NCBI RefSeq assembly: GCF_000007005.1 | Contig: NC_002754.1 | Origin: Saccharolobus solfataricus P2 | GTDB taxonomy: Archaea > Thermoproteota > Thermoprotei_A > Sulfolobales > Sulfolobaceae | Length of the DNA stretch: 64,000 nt | Reading direction: 5' to 3' (one strand) | Part shown: positions 60,023 through 64,000 of the stretch, in pieces | How positions within the stretch are numbered: position 1 is the stretch's first letter | How the letters are laid out: each line of letters starts with the position of its first letter | The notes under the pieces: generated by a model | The model's database searches: none | What the model saw: the letters and a program-made list of their open reading frames with translations, nothing else | What the model was told of the DNA's origin: nothing | Program-made: the position numbers and the translations under genes

Positions 60023-61702
60023 ATGAATCAAAGTATATTATATGATAGACCCTGGTTTAAATACTGGCCACCTAGATTACCAAAGACCTTAGATTACCCA
60101 AAAGTTCCCCTATTCAATATTGTTGAGGTCTCTTCACAGAGATATCCTAATAAAACTGCCATAATATATTATGGTAATAGAATAACGTATAAGGAGTTAT
60201 GGGAAAGTATAATCAAGTTTTCAGCATTTCTAAGTAATAAGCTTGGAGTAAGAAAAGGAGATAGAATAGCATTATTTATGCCGAATTCGATACAGTGGAT
60301 CATAGCCTATTTTGGAATCCTAAGGGCTAATGCAATATTGGTTCCAATAAATCCATTATTAGCAGAAGATGAGCTCAACTACATCCTTAAGGACTCTGGA
60401 TCGGTTGGAGTGGTGACCTTATCCTCATATCTTAGCAAGGTAATGAAAGCCAAAGAGAATACTCAAGTTAAATGGGTTATTGCGGGTAGGTTTAAGGACT
60501 ATCTTCCAGATAACCCAGAAATAAAGGTTCATCCACTGATGCTTAGGGAACCAGAGTTAAGTAATGACGTAATCCCTTGGAAGGAAACTTTAAGAAACAA
60601 TTATACCCCTCCATCAGTTGAAGTAGATGCAGAAGATATTGCAGTGATTCCATACACTTCAGGTACAACGGGAGTTCCAAAGGGTTGTATTCACACCCAT
60701 TCAACCATATGGCCTACGATTTTAGGTTCAGTTATCTGGAACACATTGGCACCTTCCGCAGTAGTCCTAACGTCCTTACCCGTATTTCATGTGACTGGTT
60801 TTATTCATAGCTTGAACGCTCCATTATATGTTGGGAGTACAATGGTTTTACTGTCTATTTGGGATAGGGAGGCAGCCTTAGATGCGATAGCGAAGTACAG
60901 AGTTACCCATTGGACTAACATATCCACAATGGTCGTAGACTTGTTAGCGACACCAGGCATAGAAAAGAGAGATCTGAGTTCCCTAATGTTAGTAGGAGGA
61001 GGAGGTGCTCCAATGCCTGAGGCTGTTGCTAGAAAGTTAAAGGAGTTAACTGGATTAGATTATATAGAGGGTTATGGATTAACCGAAACTATGTCTCAAA
61101 CTCACGTTAATCCTCCACAGAGGCCTAAGTTACAGTGTCTAGGGATTCCACATTTTGGAGTTGACGCTTTAATAATAGATCCATCAACTGGCGAAGTGCT
61201 TCCACCTAATAGAGAGGGGGAAATAGTAGTTAGATGTCCCAGTTTATTTAAGGGTTATTGGAATAAGGAGGAGGAAACTAGGAAGTCGTTTATAACTATA
61301 AATGGTTTAGAGTATTTCAGAACTGGAGATCTCGGATATATGGACGATGAGGGGTATTTCTTTATCCTTGATAGGGTAAAGAGAATGATAAATAGGGCAG
61401 GTTACAAGGTATGGCCGACCAAAGTAGAAAATAAGTTATACCAGCATCCGGCAGTTTTAGAAGCGTGCGTAGTTGCAACACCAGATCCAAGGGTCAATGA
61501 GGAAGTTAAGGCATATATAGTACTAAAGCCAGAATATAAGGGAAAAATAACTGCTGATGAAATAAGGGAGTGGTGTAAACAACATATGAGTGCTTATGAA
61601 TACCCCAGAATTATAGAATTCGTTGATTCATTGCCGAAAAGTGGATCTGGGAAAATATTATGGAGAGTGCTTCAAGAGAAAGAAAAAGGAGCTAATAAGT
61701 AA
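60023..61702 (+). CDS. long-chain fatty-acid-CoA ligase
   Basis: Motifs YTSGTTGVPKG, YGLTET, TGD and PKSGSGKI. Confidence 0.93.
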   Translation: MNQSILYDRPWFKYWPPRLPKTLDYPKVPLFNIVEVSSQRYPNKTAIIYYGNRITYKELWESIIKFSAFLSNKLGVRKGDRIALFMPNSIQWIIAYFGILRANAILVPINPLLAEDELNYILKDSGSVGVVTLSSYLSKVMKAKENTQVKWVIAGRFKDYLPDNPEIKVHPLMLREPELSNDVIPWKETLRNNYTPPSVEVDAEDIAVIPYTSGTTGVPKGCIHTHSTIWPTILGSVIWNTLAPSAVVLTSLPVFHVTGFIHSLNAPLYVGSTMVLLSIWDREAALDAIAKYRVTHWTNISTMVVDLLATPGIEKRDLSSLMLVGGGGAPMPEAVARKLKELTGLDYIEGYGLTETMSQTHVNPPQRPKLQCLGIPHFGVDALIIDPSTGEVLPPNREGEIVVRCPSLFKGYWNKEEETRKSFITINGLEYFRTGDLGYMDDEGYFFILDRVKRMINRAGYKVWPTKVENKLYQHPAVLEACVVATPDPRVNEEVKAYIVLKPEYKGKITADEIREWCKQHMSAYEYPRIIEFVDSLPKSGSGKILWRVLQEKEKGANK

Positions 61703-61754
61703 ATGAATAAAATATTATCATTTTGTTTCTTTATTGGTATCAATACTAACTATA

Positions 61755-62201
61755 TTAATAGGATAATTTCGAAGAAATACAATTTATTATATGATTTATG
61801 TTAGGCTCAGCTATTCTTCTAATATTCTCCTCCCCTAAAAGTCTAGATAACATCCCGAGATTTATCTTGGCAAACCAATTCACTCTAGTTATCCCTTCAT
61901 CTTTCTTCAATCCCAAGATAATGTTAAATTTTATTCCCACCCCTGCTGATCTACCGTCACCGTTTATCTCTACACTATTCTCTTTTTCAATGATATTGGC
62001 ATTTATGGAAGCGGTTAATGTAGTCATATGAGGTATTTTCATTTGTGACACATCTAGTTTAAAAATTGCCTTAAATACATTATTATTTGTCTCATAGCTC
62101 TGCAATCCAGTTAGGCATTCAGCGAACTGTTTTGGATTAATTAAAAATCCCTTGACGGCCTCTATAGTTCTCTTTACATCAAAAGTTCCCTTAAACTCCA
62201 T
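61755..62201 (-). CDS. CoxG/SRPBCC-family protein
   Basis: F.NP..FAECL.GL pattern and a C-terminal helix. Confidence 0.78.
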   Translation of the reverse strand: MEFKGTFDVKRTIEAVKGFLINPKQFAECLTGLQSYETNNNVFKAIFKLDVSQMKIPHMTTLTASINANIIEKENSVEINGDGRSAGVGIKFNIILGLKKDEGITRVNWFAKINLGMLSRLLGEENIRRIAEPNINHIINCISSKLSY

Positions 62202-62203
62202 TT

Positions 62204-63502
62204 CTACATCGTCCCTCTAGAAATTAGCGATAGGAGGATATATAGCGAACTTAAATACCTTTCTTCATCTAAGGATCCTTTACGATCCAGAATGCTCCTT
62301 ACTATTACTTTAGGTAGCCTAATTTTTTCAGCGTAATTTAATAAGTTAATATCATTAGGGCTGAGCAACTTAGTAGTAGCTGTCTTGCTTGCACTCTTAA
62401 TCCCTAGTTTTGAGGAAACTAAATCAGCCACTCTTTCTCCAGCTAGTCTTCCCGTAGTGAACTTACCGCCTATTACGGATACTAGTCCACTTAGTCCATT
62501 CTCCTTCTCATGATCTATTATTCTAAAGTCTCTTGAAGCCTCCCTAGCCGAGACTTCGCTCTTAATTAATGGCCTTACAGAAGCGTATGACCTAACTACC
62601 CTCATATTCTTTAATTTTGGTATTAGATATGCTCCCTCATTTACTAGCATGGCAATATCCTCATCCGATATGGTGAAATTGTCTGGATCCTCAATAATAG
62701 TAGCAGTAGTTCCTAAAATTGATGAGTCAGCGTATGGGACAATTATATCTCCATCAGAGGGTGGTCTCAGCCTATTGATTACCATATTATTAACCCTTTT
62801 ATCAAACACGACTATAATTCCCGCAGTTGGCATTATAGGTATTTCCTCTAAACCAGCCATCTTTATTATATTGAATGACCAAGGTCCAGCTGTGTTAACT
62901 ATGATGTCAGATTTTATCACGTTAGTATTGTTATTTATTTTATCTAAAACCTTAACTCCCTTAACGTTATTATTTTCTCTTATGATTTCAACTACCTCAT
63001 TGTACGTTAAAATTTTCGCTCCATTTAACGATGCAGTAATTGCAACGCTTGCCAATAAGTCATAACCGTAAACCACCTTATCGGGAACCCATATAGCCAT
63101 CTTTGTGTCCCTATTAATGAATGGCTCTTTTTGTAATACCTCCTTAACGTCTATGACTTTGCTCTCAATCCCCACTTTATTTAACGCTTTTATGAAAGTT
63201 TCAGAGAACTGTAAGTCGTCATCAGTGATGCCAAGAAATACTCCACCAGTATCTTTCACTGTATGAGGAGCTATCTTTGAAATTATTTTATTTTCTTGAA
63301 TGCACTCCCTAGCCGAATCTGGATCAGTTACAGCATATCTAGCCCCACTATGAAGAAGACCGTGAAATTTCCCAGAAGTCCCATATCCTATATCACCTCT
63401 ATCCACTAGCGTTACATCAATTCCTCTCAGTGCTAAGTCTAAGGCGGTAAATAAACCACTAACTCCTCCACCAATTACAGTTACCGTGGATTTAATCTCC
63501 AT
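62204..63502 (-). CDS. glpA: FAD-dependent glycerol-3-phosphate dehydrogenase subunit A-like
   Basis: GGGVSG, GTSGKFHGLLHSGARYAV and GGKFTT; start placed at MEIK (63502). Confidence 0.88.
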   Translation of the reverse strand: MEIKSTVTVIGGGVSGLFTALDLALRGIDVTLVDRGDIGYGTSGKFHGLLHSGARYAVTDPDSARECIQENKIISKIAPHTVKDTGGVFLGITDDDLQFSETFIKALNKVGIESKVIDVKEVLQKEPFINRDTKMAIWVPDKVVYGYDLLASVAITASLNGAKILTYNEVVEIIRENNNVKGVKVLDKINNNTNVIKSDIIVNTAGPWSFNIIKMAGLEEIPIMPTAGIIVVFDKRVNNMVINRLRPPSDGDIIVPYADSSILGTTATIIEDPDNFTISDEDIAMLVNEGAYLIPKLKNMRVVRSYASVRPLIKSEVSAREASRDFRIIDHEKENGLSGLVSVIGGKFTTGRLAGERVADLVSSKLGIKSASKTATTKLLSPNDINLLNYAEKIRLPKVIVRSILDRKGSLDEERYLSSLYILLSLISRGTM

Positions 63503-64000
63503 AATAATGTGTAGTGGATTTAACATTAAAAATGTTGACATAGTTTAACTTGCATGAGAGCAACAGTTGACAAATTTTACTACATAACTCTCTCCATTTA
63601 GGGCGTTGAGAAAGTCAGAATAAGCCATGCTGTGATATGTATCGTTAACAGCTTCCGCTTTGAGGTTCTAAATGATTCCTACCCGTCATAACCAAGAATG
63701 GGATAGCATTTATAGGAAAATCGTTACACTTTTACGTTACATTAAAAATATATAATAAATCTTTCCTGGTTAGATGAAAAATGTTTATTAATAAGCTATA
63801 ATATTAAGAAGTACAATGAAAGATATTTATAAATACATGGATAAATATTTTGACTTTTTATGATAAGGGAATTTCCTAAAACTACTAATGGGATTTCTAC
63901 ATAGAATTGGATAACATTGGATTTCCTAGAAGTTTTAAAAATGATTAAATTAAAAAATTACAAGAACTTACCATCTTCTACAGTTAACTTACCGTTTTTA

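Noticed and set aside
2278-63065. The many 60-142 aa ORFs antisense or out of frame to long genes (for example 4980-5291, 16618-16995, 41632-42015, 49382-49810, 62649-63065)
   Set aside because: They are fully nested in well-supported CDSs, have no recognisable motifs, and show the composition typical of shadow ORFs.
63555-63760. GC-richer patch upstream of glpA (TAGGGCGTTGAGAAAGT...) as a MITE or IS end
   Set aside because: I found no matching inverted partner, target duplication or coding remnant by eye. A BLASTN search would be needed.

Overview
This window is Sulfolobales chromosome, almost certainly Saccharolobus (Sulfolobus) solfataricus: from memory, the 59000-59944 protein matches SsoPox and the 26839-27294 protein matches SsOGT. 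No database search was run. The left half (1-31 kb) is mixed housekeeping: Hel308 (5' truncated), the acetyl/propionyl-CoA carboxylase operon, an ABC transporter, leuCD, photolyase, a GH15 hydrolase, Lrs14- and Sso10a-type DNA-binding proteins, Sir2, sucCD, an EndoIII-like protein, Agl24, catalytic ThrRS, OGT and a sulfocyanin. The right half (31.5-63.5 kb) is a lipid, fatty-acid and lactone catabolic island around a FadR-type TetR regulator. Features outside the ORF track: (1) two copies of a ~300-bp element with no transposase (19118-19418 and 46117-46416), each with inverted ends carrying 10-bp-period repeats, a TATA promoter and a ~195-nt covarying multi-K-turn RNA ending in a pseudoknot at the element boundary. 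My best hypothesis is a stand-alone omegaRNA-like guide cassette with no tnpB in the window. (2) Two C/D-box guide sRNAs. (3) Three degenerate MITEs. (4) A decayed ISH3-type transposase. (5) Two genes that appear to need non-canonical starts (sucD at ACG, an esterase at ATT) and one probable 5' frameshift. (6) A 38-bp identical upstream block shared by two MFS paralogs. (7) An Ltp2/DUF35/SCP2/heteromeric-ACAD module resembling actinobacterial steroid side-chain catabolism. No CRISPR array, rRNA or tRNA gene was recognised.
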